Shown in pieces: positions 1 to 11,778 of a stretch of 64,000 nt of DNA (position 1 is the stretch's first letter; each line of letters begins with the position of its first letter). The stretch lies in assembly GCF_009914755.1 (NCBI RefSeq), contig NC_060935.1; one strand, given 5' to 3'. The notes beneath the pieces are model-generated. The model saw nothing but the letters and a program-made list of their open reading frames with translations, was not told the DNA's origin and ran no database searches. A program made the position numbers and the translations under genes. The stretch comes from the human T2T-CHM13v2.0 reference genome, Homo sapiens.

Positions 1-2605
1 TTATTCTTAGAGCCTGAAAAGCTGCTAAACCCGCACACAAATTTTAAAAATTGGAAGGAAAATGATAACTCATCAGGTTGCCCAAAGGCCAAAATGTTTT
101 AAGAAGTAGATCTAGATACAATTTTTGTGTTAAAGGTTCCTAGAGGTTCCATTTGGGTAACTTGTGTGTGTTCATTGAAATGTGTGGCAAAGAGTGTGTT
201 CTTTTGGTGCTTAGTAGTGGAATCTGGAAAGAAAGTTTGTCAAGTGAATTGATCTTTGGAATCCTTATTTTCTATGAAGATCTTTGATGAATACAGTGTC
301 TTTTTTGCATTCTGTCCCTGACTGTTCTATAGAAAGACATCCCTTGTACTCTTTAGAGCAAAGTTGGTAGCTCTTATGGTCTTCATTTGAATTCTACCAC
401 TGCTTCTTTTTCTGTTTTTAAGCCCATGGTAACTTGGGGAAGGCTTTGATGCTCTTACTGTTATTTCTACTATTATGAAAACTCAGGTTTTCTAAAACAA
501 TCTCAAGTTGCGGCAGTGGACTGTGAGAATAGGGGGCCCCCTCACTCCCCAAACATAAGAAGTATGTGCTTTTCTTCTTTTATCTATCCCGCTGAGATAT
601 GTCTATCTTATTTGGAATAAAAGTATTTATTTTGGAAAACAGCTTTTTAGCATTTTTAAAATGATGACCCAACTGTCATTCTCACAGCCCTAGATACACC
701 TAATGGGGAAATGTGAGCCACTTAAAAGCCACTTAAAAACCAAAGGGCTTTGGGAATCTATGGCTTGAGGGGTGCCTTCAGATAACAAAAGAAAAGTTTC
801 AGGTATCAGTTAGGATAGAGGTTAGACATTGTACTGAATATATCCAGCAGATCTTACATCCCATTACAAACCCCAGTAGGTGTGTTGTATACATACGGCT
901 TAGGGGTTAAGTTAACAAAGAAGTCTGATAAGAAAAGGAAATACAGAGGAAGCATAAATCTCTTTGGAATAGGATTTTGTTCCACTCCCTTAGAGCCCTA
1001 ACAGTATACCTTAGAAATTATTTTAGACAGTTTGTACTTAAAGACCAGAAAGCTACTTTAGAGACTTGGAAATAATGAGCCTATTGTCAAAAGGTGGTGC
1101 TTGCGGGGCATTAGGACTAGAGGGTTGGTGAAAATTCAGACAGAATGTAACTTGACAAAGAGAAGACAGCAACAACTGTAACAATTATCTTATGAATATT
1201 TGCGAAACTCAAAGGGATCTGATTGGTGACCTCTGGGCTTTATCAAATTAACATCACAACTTCTAGAAGAAAGTCAACCTTCATCTTTTACAATAGAAAT
1301 CATATGTTTTGCTAACCCATTCCTATTTAGGCTGAAAACAATTAAGAGTTATGGGTACTTAAAAAAATCATTATGTTTATAAAATTAGTGATAGAAGGAG
1401 CATAGTGTTCATACAGTCACACACATACACTTCCTTATTTCTTTTATTTAAACTTTGAGTAACATAGCAGTCTATGTTTGGGTCAGTTTTCCCTTTTTTG
1501 TAATTACATTCAGTGGTTTTTGTAACTTCATTATTTATTGGGAATTAGTGATTTAGTCAGTGGGAGTTTTGTAAAACTTAAGATTTTGGCTTTTTTCCCC
1601 CTCCTCCTGGATAACCAGTTAACCCAATAATGGCTTGGCCGATGGAAGGGTAAAATGAGGACAGTTATATTTTTTAAATGTCATTACTGTCACCAAATCA
1701 CACATATCATTTTCTAAGATAAGGAAATACAACCATTTTTACAAGTTGCAAAAAAGTACTCTGGCTTGGCAAGTTTATAGACTCTCATTTTCTTGATAAA
1801 CTAAAAAAAAAAAAGAAATTGCTACAAGCTGCTATAGACAAAAATGTTGGTGTCTTTCTGACTTTTCCTGAAGACACCTTGATGGAATTATATTCTCTTG
1901 ATTTTGTCCTTTTTAAAATGATGGTTGAAATTTTAAGCCTGTCACACACTATTATTTATATAATGCCTCAAACTGGCTTGGATAGTTTTCGTCAACTGAA
2001 TTAATTTTGTTAAAAAGTGATTTTAGCAATTTTAGGTGCCATGTGGACATCACCAAATACTGTGTTAGTGGAATAGCATCCAAGCCATCCCACCATCTTT
2101 CCTGCTGGGCAAATCCACTGCTGGTGCATTTCCAGTGTGTGCGATTATGGGTTACATGACCACCATTTGAGAAGGTCTCCTAATGTGCTGATCTTGTTAT
2201 TAGCTGTTATACAGTGTTTTCCTTTCGTCAAAATGACTGGAGCAAAGAGGTTATTCTTTGAATGGTTTTCTCAGACAGGGTATGTGAAGCCATTCACTAC
2301 AGTAAAATAAAAATAATAATAACTCATAGAACTATGAGAATTCATCAGCTATGGTCTGCTTAGTCCTATGATTTTGAACAAATCAAAACTTCTTTGGACC
2401 ACAATTTTCCTAGCTGAAAAATTAAACATTTGGATCATTTGATTTCTCATATCCCTTTTAGAATATCAGTGGCCTGTTTCCTTGGTGCCTTTCTTTTCTA
2501 CCTTCCCTCCCCATGTGTATCTGCCCTTAAAGTAGAAAGATATGTTGACAGCTATTGGTGAGGAAAATAGACAATTATGTCTCCCAACTGATATTCTTCT
2601 CACAG

Positions 2606-2734
2606 TCCAGGCAACTCCTAGTAGTACAACGGAAGAAACAGCTACCCAGAAGGAACAGTGGTTTGGCAACAGATGGCATGAGGGATATCGCCAAACACCC
2701 AGAGAAGACTCCCATTCGACAACAGGGACAGCTG
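2606..2734 (+). CDS. CD44: CD44 variant exon v6 (129 nt, phase 1/1)
   Basis: ttctcacag|TCCAG...GCTG|gtaatg; translates QATPSSTTEETATQKEQWFGNRWHEGYRQTPREDSHSTTGTA, the CD44v6 peptide. Confidence 0.98.
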
Positions 2735-4205
2735 GTAATGGATGGTTTAACAAGTAAATTTGGATGGAAACTTCCTTTTGGGTTAAACGGTAGACATTGA
2801 GGACATTGAACAAAAGGACACTGGAGGAATTGTCACGAGATGTTAGGTTACTTAATAAATTATGCTGCAGTTCACACAGAGCCAAACCTTAAAGGCTCAT
2901 AACAAGTCACCTGAACAGGAATGGATACAAGCCAGTTATGAATAAGAACAGGAAACACAGAGAAAATGCCCTTGAACATGTCTCTTTCACATCGAGTTTT
3001 GGGCATCATCTAGTGAGATTGTAGCAGAGGCCCTGATAAAATATCGCTGTCTGTTGTATAAAGGAATCTACTCTATAATGTGGGTCCAGACTTTACAATA
3101 TGATTCTGCAAAGTCTGGCTGTGAGAAAGCATTTTGTCAGAACTCCAGTGTTTGAAGAAATAGAGCCAGACATTATGTGAAAAGTGACACCTGTCTGATG
3201 TCATTTGGCCTTTTGGCCATGCCTGTTCAGTAATTTGTTTTTGAGTATAAAAAAGGTATCTTCTCTATTCTTGAATTGTGAGATTGTGGAAATTGGAATC
3301 CAGTCTTATCATCATCTCTAAGTGATACCAGATAACTTGGCTTTGCAAGCTCCCATGCAGGATTCTTTTGTCTGTGTGACATAAGTATTAAAATGTGTCC
3401 TGCCTTATAAAGAATGTGAATTCCATATTCTCACTTGGTATCAGTGAGAAATATTCCCATATTTCTATTTGCAACATAGAAGATAATGCATCATGTCCTT
3501 CTGGGGCATGGCAAGTTCTAAATGAATTCCTGGCAGAGCAATGGATTCTGTGATTGTCTATGTGGTGTAGTTGTTGCTAAGAGGATGCTATTGTAATCTT
3601 TTCTACCTATACTTCTTCATTGGCTCAGAATGAAGCAAGGCATGTGCTGCTTTCTTATATGTCATTTATGCCATAAATCCCATTGTTAGAAGGTAATGCT
3701 TCTAACGGATTCCATTCATGCTTTTGAGATAAATGGCATTGACTTTCATATTGATCACATGGAAAGCTGTTACCTGATTCCTTTCCTGAGATCACTTCCA
3801 GCCTAATGTGCATTTGGCTGGAATATGGTTGTCTCAGAATAACATCATGCACTCGGGCTTTTATACTTCTGCCTTTAGGGGACTGTGGCAGCATGGCATG
3901 GGTCAAGAAGTACTTCTCCTTCATCTTCCTTTGATGTCGGTAACTCATCCTTTCTGCACTGCGGGAGTTGTTAATGCTTTTGTGTCCTCCAGTTCACATG
4001 CTGATTGCTAAGAAGAAAATGAGCATGAGTGAACCCAAAGCTGCTGAAACATTCTGCGTTTATGCAACTTCCTTGCCCTCTATACAAGGAAGATGGTTTC
4101 ATTGTCTTGTCTAGAGAATAAAGTCTTTTTTAAAAATAAAATCGGTGTATCCCTGACCAAGCGTCCATTAACACTTTGACAATTGCTCAAACTGCATGGT
4201 CACAG

Positions 4206-4337
4206 CAGCCTCAGCTCATACCAGCCATCCAATGCAAGGAAGGACAACACCAAGCCCAGAGGACAGTTCCTGGACTGATTTCTTCAACCCAATCTCACAC
4301 CCCATGGGACGAGGTCATCAAGCAGGAAGAAGGATGG
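4206..4337 (+). CDS. CD44: CD44 variant exon v7 (132 nt)
   Basis: cacag|CAGCC...GGATGG|gtaata; translates ASAHTSHPMQGRTTPSPEDSSWTDFFNPISHPMGRGHQAGRRM. Confidence 0.97.
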
Positions 4338-4746
4338 GTAATAGCCTCTGAGATTTTTATATATTATGTTTTTTGAAATCCACTGAGTGACTGCTGACTA
4401 TTTTTCTAGAAATATGCCCTTGGTTTTAGACCAAACTACTTTCCTGAAGGACCTGAGGTTCTTCAAAAATTAGTTTTCTTGGTAGGAGTGATACTCATAT
4501 TCACCTGAATATGAAGTTCTGAGCTGAAAGTAAGGAATTTAGCAGGAGGGTTGGCAAAAGAAAAAACTTATTGTCAAAATATATCTGTGTGAGGCAGTAA
4601 GTAATAGATATGAAATGAATGTTGCCAACAATAAACGCTAAAGAAATTCTGAGAACCCCTCCCTGCCCACCACAGCATCACAGAAAGGTGAATTGGACTT
4701 GGTTTATGAAAAATAAAAAAACCCTGGATAGTCAGAGAAAGGAAGT

Positions 4747-4774
4747 GGGTGGTGGGGGTTGGAGGGGGGGGGGG
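4747..4774 (+). other. G-rich tract with G-quadruplex potential, CD44 v7-v8 intron
   Basis: gggtggtgggggttggaggggggggggg, including an 11-G run. Confidence 0.5.
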
Positions 4775-5297
4775 CAGTTTTCCTAAGAAGGAGACTCCTG
4801 TAAGGAGAAACGTGAAGGAAGAAAAGCCAAGGAATGAATATGTCTAGTGAGTGGATCCATTTTTCACAAGGGAAGATGTGTTTGAATGGCTAGGCAGGGG
4901 CCATTATGTTGAGTGACTGAAGTACCACAGGCAGACCCAGCACACATGAGTTTGCACATGGCAGCTGGAGCTCTGAGGACACCCATGGGGGAAAACCAAG
5001 CCAGGCAAAGATCTTCAGAATCAATATTAATTCTATGTACTGATGAAGAGAAAGAGATTCCATTAAATTAATGAACATGTCAAGGACAATACAATTGGCT
5101 TCAACTACACAATGGTATGATGACTCTTGAAGGACTCTACTTATAAGAGGGAAGATGAACAAGAGTCTAGAGCCCATCATCAAGTGGGACTTTTTCTGGG
5201 AGAATGTCCATTTGTGGTTTTGATTCAGGTTAGCACTTGCTCTTGTTTGAAATCTGGGATAACAGGGTCACCACATTTTTGTCCTACAAAGATCTTT

Positions 5298-5349
5298 AAT
5301 ATTTTAGTGTTGAATATTTAGTGTTGAATCTTGAATATTTAGTGTTGAA
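5298..5349. repeat. Short imperfect tandem repeat (~14-bp unit aatatttagtgttg, 3 copies)
   Basis: Unit visible three times with a small interruption. Confidence 0.8.
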
Positions 5350-6202
5350 AGGCTGCAGTGCAGACCTGGGTACCCAGTATTCTGGTGCTTCACTGGGACT
5401 GATTAAATCTCCCCCAGAGGCAGTGATGTGGATAGACTTTGACTGAATTGACAGCCAGAAATATCGATGGGGTTTATGAATTGTTTGGCCTCTGTTTCAC
5501 TCAAGACTTCTTATTTCAGCAGAGTAGATCTGTGATAACTGTTAAAAACAACATTTACAAGTATTTCAGTGAAATTTCTGCACTACTCAACATTGTACAT
5601 GTTAAATTTTAAAGACCGCTTATACTTGGGTTTTTGGGAAGAATAATTCAATGACGTCCACTGCTTCTTATTTCTTGCCCCTGTATACTTTCTGTAACTC
5701 CACCTAGGTGGTCTTGGATGACGATTCTGTTTATTTGCATATTCACTTTGTGAAGAAAAAAAGACTAAAGGGGGGAAGAGGGCTATTTTTAAAAGTCCCT
5801 TTGGTTGGTAAGGGGGAGGGGATAAAATGGTGCCTGAGCCAGCACACTTTGTCTTTTCTCCATGTGTCAGATTGCATGTTTCTATAAAAAAGGCAATGTT
5901 TCTGTCTCTCTGCAAGATTTGGGTGTTCCATCATGCACTCATGTGGAGTCCTTCCAGACTCAGCAAAAACAAACACACAGCATAGCTTTCATATAACTCG
6001 GCCCTTCAAGGAAAGCCAGTTACTTGTTGTGGTGCTCTTTGATGAAACAATAATCTATCTCAGTTCGGGAGATATAGTCAGTATGTGCTTTCTTTCCTCT
6101 TGGCCAGATGTGAATATTTAAAAAAATCAGCTGTAGACCATAAGCCACCTTCAGGTAGTGGTTTGGGAAATCAAGCAATAACACTAATATTGATTCCTTC
6201 AG

Positions 6203-6304
6203 ATATGGACTCCAGTCATAGTACAACGCTTCAGCCTACTGCAAATCCAAACACAGGTTTGGTGGAAGATTTGGACAGGACAGGACCTCTTTCAATGACA
6301 ACGC
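6203..6304 (+). CDS. CD44: CD44 variant exon v8 (102 nt)
   Basis: ccttcag|ATATGG...ACGC|gtaaga; translates DMDSSHSTTLQPTANPNTGLVEDLDRTGPLSMTT. Confidence 0.98.
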
Positions 6305-6383
6305 GTAAGAATAACGATGCTCAGCCACTTTATTGACTTGTATTCCTGCTTCATCTCTTACTCGCTATTGGCCAAGATGCAGA

Positions 6384-6411
6384 GCTTTGGTGGTGGAATG
6401 GTGCTATGTGG
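6384..6411 (+). promoter_or_regulatory. UGG-rich intronic splicing enhancer downstream of v8 (ESRP1/hnRNPF-type 'I-8' element)
   Basis: gctttggtggtggaatggtgctatgtgg 80 nt downstream of the v8 donor; five GG runs and UGG/GGU motifs; matches my recollection of the described CD44 I-8 element. Confidence 0.75.
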
Positions 6412-8062
6412 CTTACTTCAGCCCAGAGTGTGAAACTGTCTTCATTGTCTGTATTTCTTGTGGAGGTCTCTCAACCTGATTTTCCCTTCATTTCTTTGTG
6501 CCTTCCAGATTTAATGACTTTGTGTTTTAAGAAAAAGTAGGACTCTATTCAACTCCATTTTCATTCTCTAAGTAGTTATGTCAGTGAAACACATGCCCAC
6601 TTCCAGGATAGTGATTTCTCTATGTTTTAACTGACCATTTCCTTTCAATGTCCATCTTTCCTCCAGCCAGTGCAGAAGAGGGGTAGGATTGCTTGCATGG
6701 TTGTAAAAAGACATTTTTGGGGCCAGATAATCCTAGAGATCACATCAGTTCTCAGAGGAGAGGCAAGGCATGTTATTGACAATCAACAAAGGTGGCGGGA
6801 TCCCTGGAACAACAACAACAACAAAACATTGCTAGTATCTCTTTCTATCACTAAGAAATGTTCAAATTCTAGTAGCCTTAATTTCTACTCTATGTGCAGG
6901 GATGTCCTAGAGATCAGCCTAAAGTCGTTCATAATTTCTTTGAGGAATACAAAAGAAATCTAGAATTAAGAAGGTCCCATTTTACTGCTTGCCACACATA
7001 ATGGGCAGAGTCCTTCATATGAGCCCTTTAGGCAAAGGAAAAAAATCAGCAAGCATGTATTGATGGTCAGCAATGTAAATAGCACAGCGTTAAGCATCAA
7101 AGGAGATGCAAATAAGCCTATGAATGGTCCTTGCCAAAGAAGGACTTATATTTCCGTTTTATGTCACTGTTGGCTTTTGTTCTGACATTGGGTTTGGGAT
7201 TTAGTGACTGTCTTTCTCCTGGTTGTAATATTTATTCGGTGGTGGGCATGGCTTATGGGTGTGCTTTATGAAGTTTTTGCACCTGCAACTCAGGTCAGTA
7301 CCTTTCTTAAAAGAACACAAAAGAAATAAACTTGAAACAGTCCAAGTGATTTTAGATATGGGCAATGGGTCAACCTCCAGTTGATATATGTCACTGAGGG
7401 CCCTGTGTTTGCCCAGGCAAGCGTTTCCTTGGTGCAGTGATGAAAATCCCAATGCACAGGTGAAATTAAGAAATAACTTAATAATGGAGTAAAATGGTAA
7501 CTTTAATTTAATGACCTTTACAAGGTAGCTAAGTATTTCCTTGTATAAATTTGATCTGTGTTACTTGAGTAGGCTATTCTAGATAGGCTTCTTTTTCTTT
7601 TGTGGTTACAACTAGACTACAGGCTATCATAGTGTTCATTTTCCCTGCCGTCACATTTCTTGACACACAGTTAGGTGCTTTTGGTTACTGATAGGAGCAT
7701 TGGGATTCAAATATTCTTTTTTCCATGTCTCTGTGTTCTCTGGTTTTCTGGAGTGACTGGGAGCAATGCTGCAATTGAGCCTGGACAATCCAGGATAGGC
7801 AAAGTTTTGGCTCAGTCTTCACCTTGCCACTTTACCTTTGATGATTATACTGAGAAATAAAGGGTCTTCAGAACCAAATAGGGGCAAAATAGAATTCTTC
7901 TGTATATTTCTATCAATCAGAGGAGAATTGTGTGCACAAACCTTGGTCTTCCTATGCACCTATCCATCTGACTCTACTCTAGCTAGATTTTCCTTGCTAG
8001 CAGATAACAGGATTTGTACCGTAGCTTCAAATTAACACTGGATTCATTCCTCATTGAAACAG

Positions 8063-8152
8063 AGCAGAGTAATTCTCAGAGCTTCTCTACATCACATGAA
8101 GGCTTGGAAGAAGATAAAGACCATCCAACAACTTCTACTCTGACATCAAGCA
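8063..8152 (+). CDS. CD44: CD44 variant exon v9 (90 nt)
   Basis: gaaacag|AGCAG...AAGCA|gtaagg; translates QSNSQSFSTSHEGLEEDKDHPTTSTLTSS. Confidence 0.98.
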
Positions 8153-8433
8153 GTAAGGATTATAAAACCTAGTTGGCTTCAGCTATTGATAAGAATCAAT
8201 CAATTATGGGTACTTTTGCAGTGTCTTTGGTGGAGGTGCATCCATTAGCTGCCGTTACACTGTTACTTTTAATCAAAAGGTGCGTCTGGTGGTGGTTCTC
8301 TGATTTTTCTGTTTTATATACCTCTTCGTACATTAAGTGCAAACTACATTTCTTCATCTTAAAAGTTGGGTTTCTTTCACTCTAGAGTTAGTGATTTGTT
8401 TTAACAATAATGGATTGCTTATATATGATTTAT

Positions 8434-8753
8434 TTTATTTATTTATTTTTGTTAACTTGAGATCTTTCTAACTTTTTTATGTGGGCGTTTAAATTTAGTG
8501 CTATAAATTTCCCTCTTACTACTGCCTTAGCTGTGTCCCAGAGATTCTGATATGTTGTATCTTTGTTCTTATTAGTTTCAAAGAACTTCTTGATTTCTGC
8601 ATTAATTTCATTATTTACCCAGAAGTCATTCAGGAGCAGGTTATTTAATTTCCATGTAATTGTATGGTTTTGAGTGAGTTTCTTAGTCTTGATTTCAAAT
8701 TTGATTGCGCTGTGGTCCAATAGACTGTTTGCTATGATTTCAGTTCTTTTGCA
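8434..8753 (-). mobile_element. LINE-1 ORF2 internal fragment (primate L1P type) with A-rich tail
   Basis: ORF 8439-8720 gives [38 protein letters not shown]...[19 protein letters not shown], the region at and just after the end of the L1 endonuclease domain. Confidence 0.93.
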
Positions 8754-9343
8754 GTGTGATTTATAATTGGCGTAAATGTCTGATTATATCACTTTACATT
8801 CCTCACAATAATATTGTTTTGCCTTTTGTCCTCTGGACCTCCATGGTGCTGATGACTAAAAAGCAGTCCCTTCTGGAAAAGAAAAGAATAATTAAATTAG
8901 TAGCCTCAGGCCTTTGAAACCATGCATTTGCTATTTTAATTGCAGGCAGCAAAATTTTATCTTTCAATCCAATGATATGTTTCCTCCACTACATCAAAGA
9001 TGAATCCAATTGAGAAAGAACTCAAGATTATCTAGTACCTCAGCTGACTTCAAGATCACAGTTGTAGTGACATAGCCTTACCTAATAACCCAAGCAGATG
9101 TTGCAACAAATGCCAATTCTGGGTATTAAGATCACCAAAATCTCTTCTGTTGAGTGATGTCCAAGTAGTGTCTATTGCAAAATATTTATTCTGTTCAATA
9201 GTATGACAAACTTCACTCTATTTCTCCCTATTTATGGATAACAAGTGGAAAGCTTTTGCAGCAATTGTGTGTTCTGGAGACAAGCACATGGTGGGTGGTG
9301 ATCTTACAAATACGGGTTCATCACTGATTCCACCTCCACACAG

Positions 9344-9547
9344 ATAGGAATGATGTCACAGGTGGAAGAAGAGACCCAAATCATTCTGAAGGCTCAACTA
9401 CTTTACTGGAAGGTTATACCTCTCATTACCCACACACGAAGGAAAGCAGGACCTTCATCCCAGTGACCTCAGCTAAGACTGGGTCCTTTGGAGTTACTGC
9501 AGTTACTGTTGGAGATTCCAACTCTAATGTCAATCGTTCCTTATCAG
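9344..9547 (+). CDS. CD44: CD44 variant exon v10 (204 nt)
   Basis: cacacag|ATAGG...TATCAG|gtaatt; translates RNDVTGGRRDPNHSEGSTTLLEGYTSHYPHTKESRTFIPVTSAKTGSFGVTAVTVGDSNSNVNRSLS. Confidence 0.98.
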
Positions 9548-9770
9548 GTAATTTGGCATTTATTATCTAGTTTGCTTTCTCTATATAGAGAAACAATATA
9601 TAGTTTCATATTACAGAGGACATTTTCTGTGTAGTCTGGGATTGGACTAGTTTGTGATATGGAAATATCTTTCATTATTGGTTATCAATTCTAGTGCAAA
9701 TAAACTTGGGTATATTTTAGATAAAAGAATGCTTCCTTTTGCCAGTGTTTTTTCCATTTGTCTGTGTTTG

Positions 9771-9772
<2 letters not shown>

Positions 9773-9801
<29 letters not shown>

Positions 9802-9808
9802 TGTGTGT
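9773..9808. repeat. (TG)n microsatellite
   Basis: 14 perfect TG units plus a short imperfect extension. Confidence 0.95.
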
Positions 9809-10498
9809 ACAAGTTGGCTGTTATGATGGAATTGCTTTCTTTGTCTTATCTTGTGATATATGAAGTTGAACCACATGAAACTGATATTTTTGCAGGTGAA
9901 AGTAGTCGAATTTTAGCAATTCCGTTTAATTCGACTAATATACTCTACTTATTTTGTAAGGTTTTATCCTACAGGTGAATAATTTCTATATACTAGTATC
10001 TTTGCTCTGAAATTATTATCTTGTTTTGGTAATAGATTGATCAGTTTTACTTTTGGTGATGGATAAACCTCTTCTAGTTCTGATGCACACTTAAAATGTT
10101 CATGATTTAATCTAGTATTAATGAATAGGGACCACTTCTCTTATTGTAATAGTGAAGAGAGGAACGAAGATAATTTATTCAATGAAGTTTGACACGGACC
10201 TAGAATAAGTCTTTTTTTTTCTCAAATAAGTAGTCATCTCTGCTTCTGCTTTTCTTTGCTTCTCCATTTGTATTAAGAAATTAACAGTGAAGAAAGGGGA
10301 AATGGAAAACGCCCACTGTAGTGAAGAAATAAAAAACAGATTCTGTCTTCCTAGTACTAGTTTTTCAATTGCTTTGTAACACAATCACTAGGCATATTCA
10401 AGATTAGAGACTTTAGATACATAATTTTGGAGCAGAGATCTTCTCTCCTCCCCCCAAAAAAGAAAAAGAAGAATTCATATGTGTGCATATATATATAA

Positions 10499-10616
10499 TT
10501 TTTTTTTTTGAGACGGAGTTTCACTCTTGTTGCCCAGGCTGGAGTCCAATGGTGCGATCTTGGCTCACCTCAACCTCCGCCTCCTGAGTTCAAGCAATTC
10601 TCCTGCCTCAGCCTCC
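10499..10616 (-). mobile_element. 5'-truncated Alu (right-arm part, AluS-like)
   Basis: polyT-gagacggagtttcactcttgttgcccaggctggag...cctcagcctcc. Confidence 0.9.
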
Positions 10617-10928
10617 ATGAGAATCCAATATGTAAAACAGATGACGGTTGTGATGCAGGGACAGAAAATTCAGAATGCCACATGCTTGGCCTCATTTCTC
10701 TGGGTGGCCTACCCAAGAGCTTCAAGAAAAACAGTTTAAGAAAATGCTAACTTCAGCAATATTGGCAAGACAAAGCCCCTTACACTCCTTAGTTCTTTAT
10801 TCAGCATTGTTCTGCTCTCATTTATTAAAAATTCCAAGTACCATTGTCAGTATTCTTCAGAAAATCTTATAGTGCTGTCTCATTTCTCTTGGCAAAAGAA
10901 AGCCTGTTGTGCAACCCAATGAATTTAA

Positions 10929-11219
<291 letters not shown>

Positions 11220-11509
11220 ATGAATTTAAAGTTTAAATGGCAATTTTAATAGTCACAGTACCCTAGAATGCTTATAGCCTAATGTTAGTAAATCAAATGC
11301 TTTTTACAAGACTGATATTCACAGACACTGATTCTTTCTGATTTCCACAGTGGTACGGACAGATTTTCCATAATTCTCCATGGATTAGACAATTAAGTCA
11401 CCCAATTCTCATCCTTGGTTTTCTTCAAAAACACTCACCCACATAAATCTCATTTATGTCTATACATTTTTCTCAGTCTTTACGCTTAATGTTAAGAACT
11501 AAAGCATTT

Positions 11510-11753
11510 GTTGAAGCAAGCGGATCACTTGAGGTCAGGAGTCTGAGACCAGCCTGGCCAACATGGCGAAACCTCGTCTCTACTAAAAATACAAAATATT
11601 AGCCAGGCATGGTGGCAGGTGCCTGTAGTCTCACCTACTCAGGAGACTAAGGCATGAAAATCACTTGAACCCAGGAATTGGAGGTTGCAGTGAGCCGAGA
11701 TCGTGCCACTGCACTCCAGCCTGGGCGACAGAACGAGGCTCCGTCCCCCAAAA
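11510..11753 (+). mobile_element. 5'-truncated Alu (AluS-like)
   Basis: Alu body from ggatcacttgaggtcaggag; TSD aagaact(a/g)aagcattt at 11494-11509 and 11754-11769. Confidence 0.93.
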
Positions 11754-11778
11754 AAGAACTGAAGCATTTAGAATCATA

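Noticed and set aside
1-30. Possible 3' end of an intronic C/D-box snoRNA (CTGA at 14-17); I vaguely recall a SNORD annotated near CD44 v5
   Set aside because: A lone CTGA is uninformative and any C box or terminal stem would lie outside the window
2466-2885. 139-aa ORF antisense to v6
   Set aside because: Non-ATG start and no recognisable product; likely a shadow of the coding exon
4117-4140. Two AATAAA hexamers upstream of v7 as an intronic poly(A) site
   Set aside because: AATAAA is frequent in this AT-rich intron and there is no clear downstream GU-rich element
8439-8720. 93-aa ORF as a host gene
   Set aside because: It is an L1 ORF2 fragment with no true ATG start or promoter
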